Positions 9,873 to 20,090 of a stretch of DNA of 64,000 nucleotides are shown in pieces. The DNA is from an uncultured Methanoregulaceae archaeon (GTDB taxonomy: Archaea; Halobacteriota; Methanomicrobia; Methanomicrobiales; Methanospirillaceae). The position numbers were made by a program, and so were the translations under genes. Every line of letters begins with the position of its first letter. Within the stretch, counting starts at the first letter, position 1. The notes under the pieces are model-generated. The model made no database searches and was not told the origin of the DNA. It saw only the letters and a program-made list of their open reading frames with translations. The DNA lies in the NCBI GenBank assembly GCA_963841015.1, contig CAWJAX010000005.1:480001-544000 (forward strand). The letters run 5' to 3'.

Positions 9873-11153
9873 GTGGTGCTGAAAAGAGTGGGAGAAACAC
9901 CAGAAATCAGGTGCGGAAAAAATGCTGACTTTCAGATTTTTGAAACGTTTCGTGACCGGAGCGTCTACATCGAAACGTATGGGTGCCGCTATAACTTTGG
10001 TGATACAGCAAAACTTATCGAGATTCTAAAGGACAAAGGAAGTACTTTTGTCGATTCAGCTGAAGCGGCAGACGCAGTAATCATAAATACCTGCACAGTT
10101 GTCGGACCAACAGAGAGACGCATGCTCAGAAGGCTTTCAAGGTATAGGGATTATGAGCTCTATGTGACAGGATGCATGCCGGAAGTGCAGCGCGATGCAA
10201 TTTTTGCGGTGTGCACGCCAACCCTCCTCCCTTCTGAAACAATTCACAAGGCATACCAGGATGTCAGAACAGTCAGTGGTGGGGGTCTGGCGATTGTTCA
10301 GGTGGCTCAGGGATGTTTGGGCAGGTGCACGTACTGTCTTACCCGGTTCGCTCGCGGACGTCTGAAAAGTTTTCCTGAAGAAGAAATCCGGGCAGAGATA
10401 ATGAATCATGCAAATGCCGGAACACCGGAGATCCAGATTACTGCACAGGATACAGGTTGCTGGGGAAAGGATATCGGAAAATCACTTCCTGATCTTTTAA
10501 ATGGTATCGGGGATCTGCCAGGACGGTTTATGATCCGGGTGGGGATGATGAATCCCGCAACCGTGAAAGGAATTCTTGACGATCTTGTAGATGCTTATGC
10601 CAGTGACCGTATTTTCAAATTCGTTCATCTACCCGTTCAGTCCGGATCAGACACTATACTTGAACGGATGGGGAGAGGGTATACGATTGCAGATTTTGAA
10701 GAGATTGTTGCTGCGTTTAAGAAACGGTATCCAAAAATTACTATTGCCACAGACATGATTGTCGGGTTTCCCGGTGAAACAGAAGAAGACTTTTCAGAGT
10801 CGCTAAAACTGATAGAGAGGGTTCGCCCGAACAAAGTAAATATCACCCGGTATTCACCGCGTCCTTATACACCCCTCTCTTTAAAAGAAGACTTTCCTGA
10901 GTGGGTTAAGAAGGATCGTTCACGAACCATGAATTCCTTATCGGAAAAGATCTACGCATCGATCAACGCCAACTGTCTTGAAAAACCGGTGCCTTTTCTG
11001 GTGACAGAAACGATCAAAAAGGGATCGGTAATGGCCAGATCGCCCAATTATGAGGGAATTGTAATTAATGAGGATCTTCCTGTTGGATACGAGGGTCAGG
11101 CAATCCTGAAAAAAGACCGGAAGTATTTCTTTATAGGGCAACGGGTCAGGTGA
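9873..11153 (+). CDS. tRNA methylthiotransferase (MtaB/MiaB family radical SAM); start uncertain
   Basis: ETYGC, NTCTV, GCLGRCTYC (CxxxCxxC), HLPVQSGSD, IVGFPGETEEDF. Confidence 0.88.
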   Translation: MVLKRVGETPEIRCGKNADFQIFETFRDRSVYIETYGCRYNFGDTAKLIEILKDKGSTFVDSAEAADAVIINTCTVVGPTERRMLRRLSRYRDYELYVTGCMPEVQRDAIFAVCTPTLLPSETIHKAYQDVRTVSGGGLAIVQVAQGCLGRCTYCLTRFARGRLKSFPEEEIRAEIMNHANAGTPEIQITAQDTGCWGKDIGKSLPDLLNGIGDLPGRFMIRVGMMNPATVKGILDDLVDAYASDRIFKFVHLPVQSGSDTILERMGRGYTIADFEEIVAAFKKRYPKITIATDMIVGFPGETEEDFSESLKLIERVRPNKVNITRYSPRPYTPLSLKEDFPEWVKKDRSRTMNSLSEKIYASINANCLEKPVPFLVTETIKKGSVMARSPNYEGIVINEDLPVGYEGQAILKKDRKYFFIGQRVR

Positions 11154-11382
11154 TATCCAAATCTCTGTATTCTCAAGCTGGCGGAGTCGTAGTATGAAGC
11201 GATACCTCATTTCTTTTAAAGCATAAACTCCTTCAAGCACGCCTGGGGATAATATTACCACTTCTCCTCCATTAAAAAACCTCCTCCAAAGATGGATCCT
11301 GCCGTGGCTCACTTAAAAACGAGCGGATTTATACCTCCGGAATAACCACTCCTTAATGTAACCGCTGTGTAATGGTGAAGTC

Positions 11383-11916
11383 ATGGATGAAATAGAAGCT
11401 GGATTAAAAAAACTGGAGCAGAAGATACAAGATCTGCAGGAAAAAAGCGATTCGCTCTCACAGGAGATCAGGGACCATGACACAGAACTCCTTGCCCGGA
11501 TGGCCAAATCCACGGTTCCGGTTGTCAAGGTTGTCGGTCTGAATATGCTGAGAAAGGGTAAGCAGGATACCAAGGGAGAAATCTACGATCCCGCCTATTA
11601 CCCGCAAAAGATGATCATTCTTGGGAAGGCTGCAGAGGCCGCAGCATTCCGGCCGGACAACCCCCAGATGCCGGTCACCGACCAGTTCTGCGTGATGTCT
11701 GAAGAAGGAAAATTTTTTGAACTTATGTACAGTTTTGATGGGTTTCTTACCGACTCATACCTTAATCCTATTGATGCCAGAACTGCAATCGAGCACTACG
11801 GGTATGATATTATGTTCATGCTTTACCGCGCAATGCACGATTACCTGAAAGGAGAAGAAGCGCTGGTTGAAGCACTTGAAAAAGTGATGGGGTATATCTT
11901 TGCAAAAGAACGATAA
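11383..11916 (+). CDS. Hypothetical protein with N-terminal coiled coil
   Basis: 177-aa ORF, GGTGA SD, upstream TTTATA box. Confidence 0.7.
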   Translation: MDEIEAGLKKLEQKIQDLQEKSDSLSQEIRDHDTELLARMAKSTVPVVKVVGLNMLRKGKQDTKGEIYDPAYYPQKMIILGKAAEAAAFRPDNPQMPVTDQFCVMSEEGKFFELMYSFDGFLTDSYLNPIDARTAIEHYGYDIMFMLYRAMHDYLKGEEALVEALEKVMGYIFAKER

Positions 11917-12144
11917 CCGGTAATTTTTTTTCTTTTTCCCTATTTTGGCGAATAAGATTGTGGCTGATGATTGCCGGTTTTTCTGGTTGAAATGGCCCTC
12001 ATAATGAAAGATAGTATTTCCAGGACAAAGTGAAGAGACTCGTTAAAAAAAACCTGCGGACAGTATCTCCCCTGGTGGAAACGAAAACGTGATCTTGCAG
12101 AGAACCGTGCAGAGAAAGTAAAAAAACTACCGGAATATCGTGGA

Positions 12145-12218
12145 TGGGCCCGATGTGATTCGAACACATGACCTCCCGGTTATCAGCCGGGCGCACCACC
12201 GGGCTATGCTACGGGCCC
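12145..12218 (-). tRNA. tRNA-Ile(GAT)
   Basis: Cloverleaf GGGCCCG...CGGGCCCA, anticodon loop CT-GAT-AA, TTCGAA T-loop. Confidence 0.96.
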
Positions 12219-12355
12219 AAAAGTTTGCCTGAAATTTACCTTATTTACTACTCCACCAGAGTTTTTATAAGTTGTGAACCGGCAGAATGACATGATGATA
12301 CATTCAGATAGGGATATGTGTAGAAAAGCCACGGTATTAGTACGGGACTGAGATC

Positions 12356-14125
12356 ATGGGACGTAAATATCTCCTCGGGAATGAAGCGATCGCCCACGCA
12401 TGTGTTGAGTCCGGTGTGGATTTTGTAAGTGGTTACCCTGGCACACCCTCATCTGAAGTGATCGACGTGCTTCGTGTACAACCTGACCGCTCATACTATG
12501 TTGAATGGTCGGTCAACGAAAAGGTGGCATTGGAAAACGCTCTCGCTGCAGCATGGTGCGGTGTCCGTTCACTCTGCACTATGAAACACGTAGGACTCAA
12601 TGTTGCCGCAGATCCACTGATGACAAGTGCCTATACGGGTGTCACTGGAGGCCTCGTAATAATGAGTGCTGATGATCCGTTCGCCCACAGTTCGCAGAAC
12701 GAACAGGATACGCGGTGCTATGCACATTTCTCACGGATACCGTGTCTCGATCCTGCAAGTATTCAGGAAGCACATGACATGATACCGGAAGCATTCGGGC
12801 TTTCCGAGGAATTTGGGCTGCCCGTTCTCTTCCGCCCCACGACACGTATATGTCACTCGAAGGGTGATGTGCTGCTGGGTGAGCCGGTTGCAGGTCTGCG
12901 AAAAGGTGAGTTTCAAAAAGATCCGCGTCAGTATGTTGTCATTCCGGCGCATACCCGCATCCTGCATAAGAAACTTAATGAGAAGCAGTCTGCGATAAGG
13001 AAGAAGTTGGTTGAACGGGGATTCAACCATTACAAAATACGGGGAAAGACCGCAATCATCGCGAGCGGGATTGGCTCCACCTATGTGCAGGAGTTATTAC
13101 CGGAAGGTGTATCGTTTATGAAAATCGGGGCGTACCCGATAGATGAAGAATGGCTTGGGGATTTTGTAAAAAACCATGAAAAAGTGCTGGTGATTGAAGA
13201 ACTTGCACCAGAAGTGGAAGAGGTTGTACTCCAGGTCGCTGGCTGTGTCCCGGTATTTGGGAAAAAGAATGGGTACGCACCGTACGAAGGTGAGTTATCT
13301 CTCCCGGCGGTCGCGGGGATCATGGAAAAAGCGGGATTTTTGCCAAAAAATCCATTCGCGCAGATTGATCCCATTCAAAACCTTCCCCCCCGCCCCCCGA
13401 TTCTTTGTGCCGGCTGCCTGCACCGCGGTGTGTTCTATGCGATAAAAAAAGTATTCAGGGATGCTGTATATCCCAGTGACATTGGTTGTTATACACTCGG
13501 GCTCCAGCTTGGAGTTGTTGATACTGCTGTCTGTATGGGCGCGTCGATAACAGTGGCAAGCGGCATTTCTCATGCCGGTGATACCCATGATATTGTCTGT
13601 ACGATTGGGGACTCTACATTCCTGCATACAGGAATCCAGGGTTTAATGAACGCAGTTTATAATGGAGCAAACATTACCGTTGTGATTCTGGATAACCGGG
13701 TCACTGCTATGACCGGTCACCAGCCGAACCCTAATACCGGGGTGACCGCAGGTGGCGTGGAGAGTCCTCCGGTATCCCTTGATGCAATTTGCCGGGCATC
13801 TGGTGTCAGTTTTGTCGAGAGTATTGACCCGTACGATATTACCGGCATGGTTAACCTGTTCCAGGAAGCGAAAAAACGGAAGGGTGTAAAGGTCATCATC
13901 GCAAAACAGATGTGTGTTATATCAGCGCGTCGTGCCGGGGTGAAACGCGGGAGATACAGGGTCAATCCTGAGATATGTACCGGTTGCGGGACCTGCGTCC
14001 GGTTTGGATGCCCTGCCATTGAATTTGAGGATGAAAAAGCCCGGATTAATGAATTGTGCAGCGGTTGCGCGGTATGCGTTGATCTCTGTCCTGTCGGGGC
14101 AATTGTGAGGGAGGGGAAGAAATGA
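12356..14125 (+). CDS. iorA: Indolepyruvate ferredoxin oxidoreductase alpha subunit
   Basis: LLGNEAIA, GYPGTPS, MKHVGLNVAAD, RPPILCAGC, TPP motif GDST..H, C-terminal 2x[4Fe-4S]. Confidence 0.95.
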   Translation: MGRKYLLGNEAIAHACVESGVDFVSGYPGTPSSEVIDVLRVQPDRSYYVEWSVNEKVALENALAAAWCGVRSLCTMKHVGLNVAADPLMTSAYTGVTGGLVIMSADDPFAHSSQNEQDTRCYAHFSRIPCLDPASIQEAHDMIPEAFGLSEEFGLPVLFRPTTRICHSKGDVLLGEPVAGLRKGEFQKDPRQYVVIPAHTRILHKKLNEKQSAIRKKLVERGFNHYKIRGKTAIIASGIGSTYVQELLPEGVSFMKIGAYPIDEEWLGDFVKNHEKVLVIEELAPEVEEVVLQVAGCVPVFGKKNGYAPYEGELSLPAVAGIMEKAGFLPKNPFAQIDPIQNLPPRPPILCAGCLHRGVFYAIKKVFRDAVYPSDIGCYTLGLQLGVVDTAVCMGASITVASGISHAGDTHDIVCTIGDSTFLHTGIQGLMNAVYNGANITVVILDNRVTAMTGHQPNPNTGVTAGGVESPPVSLDAICRASGVSFVESIDPYDITGMVNLFQEAKKRKGVKVIIAKQMCVISARRAGVKRGRYRVNPEICTGCGTCVRFGCPAIEFEDEKARINELCSGCAVCVDLCPVGAIVREGKK

Positions 14126-14706
14126 CCCGAAGTTTTGATATCCTGATTGTCGGTATTGGTGGCCAGGGTACAATTCTTGCCTCAAACATTCTTGGCGAAG
14201 CATGCCTGATTGAAGGACGGCATGTGAAAGGGGCAGAGACACATGGCATGGCACAACGTGGGGGGTCAGTCGAGAGTCATATACGGATTGACGGGCTGCT
14301 CGGACCGCTGATCCCCCCGGGGCAGGCTGATCTTTTAATCTCGTTTGATCTTCTCGAAGCACTCCGCTATTCCCATTACCTGAAAACAGGCGGAAAGATG
14401 GTGGTGAACCGGCATCTTGTTCTCCCGACATCAGTATATACACAAAAACTTGTGGTGCCCACGGAAGATGAGATCATATCATCATTGAAAAAACACCTGC
14501 TCTGCCTGCTTGATGCAGATAAACTGGCAGAAGAAGCAGGAAGTCCTCTCTCGCAAAACGTAGTTATGCTGGGTGCGGCATCGCAATCCATGCCCCTTAA
14601 ACCTGAATCACTTTTAACTGCAGTTAAGAATCTTGTTCCGAAAAAGACCATCGGAATTAATATAAAAGCTTTTGAGAACGGCAGGGAATTTGGCGGGACG
14701 TGCTGA
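14122..14706 (+). CDS. iorB: Indolepyruvate ferredoxin oxidoreductase beta subunit
   Basis: GIGGQGTILAS, ETHGMAQRGGSV, NVVMLGA. Confidence 0.95.
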   Translation: MTRSFDILIVGIGGQGTILASNILGEACLIEGRHVKGAETHGMAQRGGSVESHIRIDGLLGPLIPPGQADLLISFDLLEALRYSHYLKTGGKMVVNRHLVLPTSVYTQKLVVPTEDEIISSLKKHLLCLLDADKLAEEAGSPLSQNVVMLGAASQSMPLKPESLLTAVKNLVPKKTIGINIKAFENGREFGGTC

Positions 14707-15434
14707 TGAAACGGAGGCTGGGTGCATTCGATCCTGATACCATTTACCCGGGTAATGCACTTGAGCTTATGCCGAAGATTCCCGATGGAGTGATTGATCT
14801 TATCGTCACTGACCCCCCCTTTGCGATTGACTTCAAAGCGCAACGGGGTAATTACAACCGTACCGGCTCCAACGTCATGGAAGGATATCAGGAAATCCCA
14901 GGAGCAGAGTACTCTGCATTTACTCAGAGATGGATGGCAGAAGCTGCACGGGTGCTTGCCCCCACCGGGAGCATGTATGTTTTTTCAGGCTGGAACCGGC
15001 TCCGGGATATCCTTGAAGGGCTTGATACAGCAGGTTTCACAACAATCAACCATCTCATCTGGAAATACCAGTTCGGTGTCTTCACGAAGAAAAAATACGT
15101 AACCAGTCATTATCACATCCTGTTTGTGGTAAAAGACCCGAAACGGTATACCTTCAATAAAATTGATCATTACCCGGAAGATGTGTGGGCAATCAACCGT
15201 GAATACTGGAAAGGAAAAAAGAAGACGCCAACCAAACTCCCCTCAGAGATTGTAAAAAAGATGCTTCTGTATTCAAGTAATGCCGGCGATCTGGTTTTTG
15301 ACCCGTTCCTTGGTTCAGGAACGGTAGCGATCGTTTCACAGCGGGAGGGGCGACGTTTCCTAGGGTTTGAAATCGTACCTGAATATTTTGCCTTTGCAAA
15401 TGAAACACTCTGTTCCCCCTCTAAAAAAGCGTGA
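14706..15434 (+). CDS. Site-specific DNA methyltransferase (N6-A/N4-C, beta class), orphan
   Basis: DLIVTDPPF motif IV precedes VFDPFLGSGT motif I. Confidence 0.88.
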   Translation: MKRRLGAFDPDTIYPGNALELMPKIPDGVIDLIVTDPPFAIDFKAQRGNYNRTGSNVMEGYQEIPGAEYSAFTQRWMAEAARVLAPTGSMYVFSGWNRLRDILEGLDTAGFTTINHLIWKYQFGVFTKKKYVTSHYHILFVVKDPKRYTFNKIDHYPEDVWAINREYWKGKKKTPTKLPSEIVKKMLLYSSNAGDLVFDPFLGSGTVAIVSQREGRRFLGFEIVPEYFAFANETLCSPSKKA

Positions 15435-15458
15435 AAAAATAAGGAGACAATAATCAGA

Positions 15459-15542
15459 CGCTGAGGGGGGGAATTGAACCCCCGAGGCACTTTCGCACCA
15501 CAGGCTTTCCAGGCCTGCGCCCTACCGCTAGACTACCTCAGC
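15459..15542 (-). tRNA. tRNA-Ser(GGA)
   Basis: GCTGAGG acceptor stem, CAGGC-CT-GGA-AA-GCCTG anticodon arm, long variable arm. Confidence 0.95.
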
Positions 15543-15554
15543 AAAAAGTGTATC

Positions 15555-16559
15555 CTATCTGTTAGACGGGTATTTTTTTAATGGTATCTTTTTTTCCGGT
15601 TTTGCATTCAGTGTTTTTTCTGGCATTTTTACCTTCCCTGATTTGGTCCAGCCGCGGGGATAGGTTCCCGGCGGCAGGAAAACGGTGGTAGGTGCGATTA
15701 CCAGTCCTGTATCCCCTGGTTTGAACGAATTGGATGGTACAAGTGCCCTGCCCAGGCAGATGAACTCTTTTTTCTTTGACAGAACCGCAACGGTCTGGTC
15801 TGGTTTAAACTCATCACAGCTGATTACTCCGACTCCTGCAAGCACCGCGCCGCGACAAATAGCATCAACAGCGGTGTCCCGGATAATAACCGTTGGGAGA
15901 TCGGGCACTGCTGAATCTACGGAGAGAATGATCGATGAGAGTGCACTACGATTCCCCTCTTTTACCGCATTACAGGCATCCTGAACATCGTGAAGTGTAT
16001 GCATGTCCTGTTCACTGAATGACCCCGACCGCGTTCGGCGAAGTTCCACCATGTGAGCACCTACCCCAAGAGCAAGACCCATGTGGTGGCAGAGTGAACG
16101 GATGTAGGTACCGGCATCGCAGTTGACGCGGAACAGGACAAGGCGCCCTTCAGTATCAATAACTTCAAGCTTATGGATGGTGCGGATTCGGAGGACGCGC
16201 TTGACTGCACTCTTTCGTGGAGGACGCTGATAGAGTCTTCCGGTGAACTCCGCGCTGATCTGTTCGATTCGGTTTTTGTCAATATCACCATGCAGCCGCA
16301 TCAGGCAGATATACTCTTTATCGTGCTGGAGGAGGAGCGGGGCAAGACGAACCGCGTTGCCGAGCATGATAAGAAGCAGACCAGAAACCTGCGGGTCCAG
16401 TGTTCCTGCATGACCCACCTGGCAGCCGAGCATCTTCCCCACCCATGCAGCTACCTGATGACTTGAGGGTCCTCTCGGCTTATCAATCACGATTATCCCG
16501 GCGTGGGTCCACAAATGGTGGGGATCATCCTTTTCAGCATCTCCGGTCATCCTGTTCAC
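15555..16559 (-). CDS. cbf5: H/ACA pseudouridine synthase Cbf5
   Basis: IDKPRGPSSHQV, GHAGTLDP, AGTYIRSLC, PUA domain. Confidence 0.93.
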   Translation of the reverse strand: MNRMTGDAEKDDPHHLWTHAGIIVIDKPRGPSSHQVAAWVGKMLGCQVGHAGTLDPQVSGLLLIMLGNAVRLAPLLLQHDKEYICLMRLHGDIDKNRIEQISAEFTGRLYQRPPRKSAVKRVLRIRTIHKLEVIDTEGRLVLFRVNCDAGTYIRSLCHHMGLALGVGAHMVELRRTRSGSFSEQDMHTLHDVQDACNAVKEGNRSALSSIILSVDSAVPDLPTVIIRDTAVDAICRGAVLAGVGVISCDEFKPDQTVAVLSKKKEFICLGRALVPSNSFKPGDTGLVIAPTTVFLPPGTYPRGWTKSGKVKMPEKTLNAKPEKKIPLKKYPSNR

Positions 16560-17242
16560 TTCCTTTGACTGTTGAGATAATTGTTGAGTGCCATCATTGT
16601 TCCTTCGAGGGAACCATCCCCAACTACCGCCGGGTTCGTTCCCGCTGCCTGCATTGTCGCGGCGGTGATATCACCGATTGCTATCACCACAATATCCGTG
16701 TGCTTATTCCAAACCGCCTTTGTAAATGACATGGCGCTCGTGAAAAGGATCGCATCTGCATCTTTAAGAAACAGGGACTCTCCGGTAGGTTCAAGCCCGT
16801 AACAGCGGAATTCATGGGGAATGCCCCCTGCTGCAGTGATTGCATCAATAAGTGAGGGATTCGGCACATCAGCCCGCGGGATGCCAATATGTTTTCCCCT
16901 GATCCATTCTCCAAGGTAGGGCACAAAATCTCTTGAATAGAAACTGGTCAGAGTTTCACAATCGATCTCGTAGTGCTGAAGTTCTTTTGCAGTCTGCGGT
17001 CCGATTGCAATTACACGGGGGAACCTGTTCAGCAGCGGCGCGATGATCTTTGCCGGTAGTGCGCTGGTAAAGAAAAGACAGTCAAATTCACTTCGATCGA
17101 CTGCTTCAATGAATGCTGTAATTGCACTCGGTCTGATTTCCGAGCGCAGAGGGTGGACACTGTAGCAGATATGACCGAACTGTGAACAGCGTGCGACGTC
17201 GTTTTTTTCCTTCCCCGCCAGCCGGGTGACTGCGATCTTCAT
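16556..17242 (-). CDS. hemD: Uroporphyrinogen-III synthase family protein
   Basis: MKIAVTR, FFTSA, AIGPQTA, LFTSA, AIGDITA. Confidence 0.8.
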   Translation of the reverse strand: MKIAVTRLAGKEKNDVARCSQFGHICYSVHPLRSEIRPSAITAFIEAVDRSEFDCLFFTSALPAKIIAPLLNRFPRVIAIGPQTAKELQHYEIDCETLTSFYSRDFVPYLGEWIRGKHIGIPRADVPNPSLIDAITAAGGIPHEFRCYGLEPTGESLFLKDADAILFTSAMSFTKAVWNKHTDIVVIAIGDITAATMQAAGTNPAVVGDGSLEGTMMALNNYLNSQRK

Positions 17243-17320
17243 TACGGATTCATCACCTCATTATGATATGATGGTATGCATTTCGGTGAATTTATGTTCA
17301 TTCTCCCACATCACTAGTGA

Positions 17321-18535
17321 ATGATCGAGATCCTGCTTGGTACTTTTATTGGGGTAATACTTGGTACCTTAAGCGGGATTATCCCTGGCGTCCATTCCAA
17401 CACCCTTGCCGGTGTTCTCCTAAGTTTACAGGTTGCATTCCTGTCTTTTTTCAGCCCCATCGTGCTTGCCGGTGCTATGTTCGCAGCCCTCATAACGCAC
17501 ACATTTGTGGACTCTATCCCCAGCACATTCCTGGGCATTCCGGATGCTGATACTTCACTTGCTGTACTCCCGGCCCATGCTCTCTGTCTTGAGGGGAATG
17601 GTGAGGAAGCGGTGAGGATTGCAGCACTTGGCAGTGCCTGTGCGATGGTCATAACTGTACCTCTTTCCATACTCTGTTTTTTCCTTCTCCCTGCTCTCCA
17701 GCCATATTTTGACTGGTGGATCGGCATTCTGTTGATTTCAACGATGGGGTATATGATCGTGACCAGTGAATGCCCCGGCTGGGCACTTGCACTATTCAGT
17801 GTATCCGGGATTCTGGGGATTTTTGCACTCCGCTACGCCTTCCTCAGCTGGCACACTCTCGCTGGAAGCAGTGCAATCCTTATGCCTCTTCTCACCGGGC
17901 TTTTTGGGATTTCTGTTCTCCTCACCGCATCGCAGGGAACAATGCCGGAACAGCATTTCCGGGGTATCCAAATGGAAGACAGGACCATAATGAAATATTC
18001 CGTGGTCGGTACATTTGCCGGAGTCGCAGTTGGCTGGCTTCCAGGACTCTCCACAGCCTCTGCAAACAGTGTGCTGGCGTCTCTTATCGGATATGAAAAG
18101 AACCGCCGGACATATATTCTTGCGACAAGTGCGGCGAACACCTCAAATGCGTTCATCGGCCTGGCTGCACTATTCGCACTGTCCCGGATGCGAAACGGCG
18201 TAATGGTTGCCCTATCAGAACTCCCGTTACCCACCATGAGTGAACTGACCATTATCGGCGTTCTTGCTGCCTGCGCTGCTTATGGTATTACTGTGGGATT
18301 GTCCCGCTCTGCGAGCAGGTTTAACGGGATTGACGGGAAATTGCTGAACCGTGCAGTTATCGTATTTATTATCCTCCTTTGCATCCTCCTCACGGGCCCG
18401 TTCGGGGTGGTTATTCTTATCCTGGCAACTGCTTTGGGACTCGTTCCGCATCTGGTAAATATTCCAAGGGTATTCTGCATGGGCGCGATCATCGCGCCGG
18501 TCATACTGTACTCTTTTGGAATAGCATGGATGTAA
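17321..18535 (+). CDS. TctA-like tripartite tricarboxylate transporter permease (DUF112)
   Basis: GIIPGVHSN, IPSTFLGIPD, VLPAH, PLLTGLFG; many TM helices. Confidence 0.82.
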   Translation: MIEILLGTFIGVILGTLSGIIPGVHSNTLAGVLLSLQVAFLSFFSPIVLAGAMFAALITHTFVDSIPSTFLGIPDADTSLAVLPAHALCLEGNGEEAVRIAALGSACAMVITVPLSILCFFLLPALQPYFDWWIGILLISTMGYMIVTSECPGWALALFSVSGILGIFALRYAFLSWHTLAGSSAILMPLLTGLFGISVLLTASQGTMPEQHFRGIQMEDRTIMKYSVVGTFAGVAVGWLPGLSTASANSVLASLIGYEKNRRTYILATSAANTSNAFIGLAALFALSRMRNGVMVALSELPLPTMSELTIIGVLAACAAYGITVGLSRSASRFNGIDGKLLNRAVIVFIILLCILLTGPFGVVILILATALGLVPHLVNIPRVFCMGAIIAPVILYSFGIAWM

Positions 18536-18612
18536 TCGGTTGATTAGTTCTGCATTTTCCAACACTCGGTGATCTATGGTTTTATACGGCCACAAACCCT
18601 AAATTTTCTCTG

Positions 18613-19476
18613 ATGCAGTCCTACTGGTTCGGTGATGTGGGTGATGGATGCTGCACATTGTTTATCGGAGATTTAAATGCCATAATCGATCGGATCCGAT
18701 CGATTTCCTCAAGTATGGACTCCTTTATACCGCTCGGATGGGAGCAGGCAGTTCTCTGCGGTGCATGTAATGATCGAATAGATTATCTCGCAAAATTGCA
18801 GGCAGTCTGCATCGCCGCTGCTGAACGTTCAATACGGGAGCAGTATTCAAGAAAAGATGCAGAACTGCTCCAGATGGTAAGAACGCTTGATGAGATCGAT
18901 ACCGTCATTAACCTGCTCTCGGAAAGGACAGCGGAATGGTATCTGGTCCGGCACCCGGCATTCTCCCGTAAGTATCGAAGGACACCGGCACATGTTCTGG
19001 TTAAATCCATGCGCGAGAGGAATAAAGGGGCACTTGGCAGGGTTGCCGGGGAGATAGAGCAGCTTTCGGAAACCCGGACTATTCTCGCTAAAGAGGTTTC
19101 GGCACGGGCAAATAGTGTGATGCCCAATACGAGTGCGCTTATCGGGGGACTTGTTGCTGCCCGGCTCCTGTCACATGCCGGAGGGCTTCTTTTACTCTCC
19201 CGGCTACCGGCAAGTGCAATCCAGGTACTGGGTGCCCGTACGGCACTGTTCGCGCACCTGAAAACACGGTCCCCCTGTCCGAAACATGGGATCATCTTTC
19301 AACACCGGCGGGTGCATAATGCCCCCCGGAACATACGGGGCAAAGTTGCCCGTGTGCTCGCAGGAAAAATTGCGATTGCAGCCCGGCTTGATTATTTCAG
19401 AGGAGTGACAGATCCGGCTTTTCTTGAATCGGCTCAGGAGCGCATCGATGGGGTTGGGAAGGGGAATGAACCGTGA
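18613..19476 (+). CDS. nop5: C/D box RNP protein Nop5 (Nop56/58)
   Basis: PASAIQVLGARTALF, PKHGIIFQH, RGKVARVLAGKIAIAARLD. Confidence 0.92.
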   Translation: MQSYWFGDVGDGCCTLFIGDLNAIIDRIRSISSSMDSFIPLGWEQAVLCGACNDRIDYLAKLQAVCIAAAERSIREQYSRKDAELLQMVRTLDEIDTVINLLSERTAEWYLVRHPAFSRKYRRTPAHVLVKSMRERNKGALGRVAGEIEQLSETRTILAKEVSARANSVMPNTSALIGGLVAARLLSHAGGLLLLSRLPASAIQVLGARTALFAHLKTRSPCPKHGIIFQHRRVHNAPRNIRGKVARVLAGKIAIAARLDYFRGVTDPAFLESAQERIDGVGKGNEP

Positions 19477-20081
19477 TCTGGATTGGTGATGTTTTACTAT
19501 CACAAGGTGAGGGTGGGGTCTATAATGAGCGGATACTAGGGGGGGCACGGGTATGGGACCCTCACCGAAGCAAGATGTCTGCCCTTTATCATGTCGGAAC
19601 CGGTGTCGAGCTCACACCCGGAATGCGAGTGCTGTATCTTGGAGCAGCGAACGGGACAACAGTATCCCATGTAGCTGATTATGTTGATGTGGTATACGCT
19701 GTGGAGTTTGCCCCCCGCCCCATGCAGGACCTCCTGGAAGTGTCCCGGCGGCGAAGGAATGTCATCCCGATTATGGCAGATGCTGCCCGTCCCGAACAGT
19801 ATGCCCCGCTGGTCGAAGCTGTTGATCTGCTCTATCAGGATGTGGCCCAGCCGGAACAGGCAAGTATTGCCCTGCGGAATTGTTCGTTCTTAAAAACCGG
19901 AGGATTTCTGGTTCTGATGCTCAAGACGCGGAGCGTTGATGTGAGAAAGGAACCTGCTGCAATCTTCCAGGATACCCTTGATGTTCTTCTCTCAGCCGGG
20001 CTGATTGTGCAGGAATGTGTCTGGCTTGCGCCGTTCCACCACGATCACGCAGCGATTGTCTGCATGAAACCGGGAGGATAA
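19473..20081 (+). CDS. flpA: Fibrillarin-like 2'-O-methyltransferase
   Basis: WDPHRSK, VLYLGAANGTTVSHV, YQDVAQP. Confidence 0.95.
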   Translation: MIWIGDVLLSQGEGGVYNERILGGARVWDPHRSKMSALYHVGTGVELTPGMRVLYLGAANGTTVSHVADYVDVVYAVEFAPRPMQDLLEVSRRRRNVIPIMADAARPEQYAPLVEAVDLLYQDVAQPEQASIALRNCSFLKTGGFLVLMLKTRSVDVRKEPAAIFQDTLDVLLSAGLIVQECVWLAPFHHDHAAIVCMKPGG

Positions 20082-20090
20082 GTAATTACC

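Noticed and set aside
10938-11312. Minus-strand 124-aa ORF, and a tiny SD-preceded MEEKW* ORF near 11257-11274
   Set aside because: The long ORF overlaps the methylthiotransferase 3' end and has no motif; the 5-codon ORF cannot be supported from sequence alone
12145-15542. iorAB-MTase block between two tRNAs as an integrated island
   Set aside because: No integrase, no duplicated tRNA 3' end, composition looks like core genome
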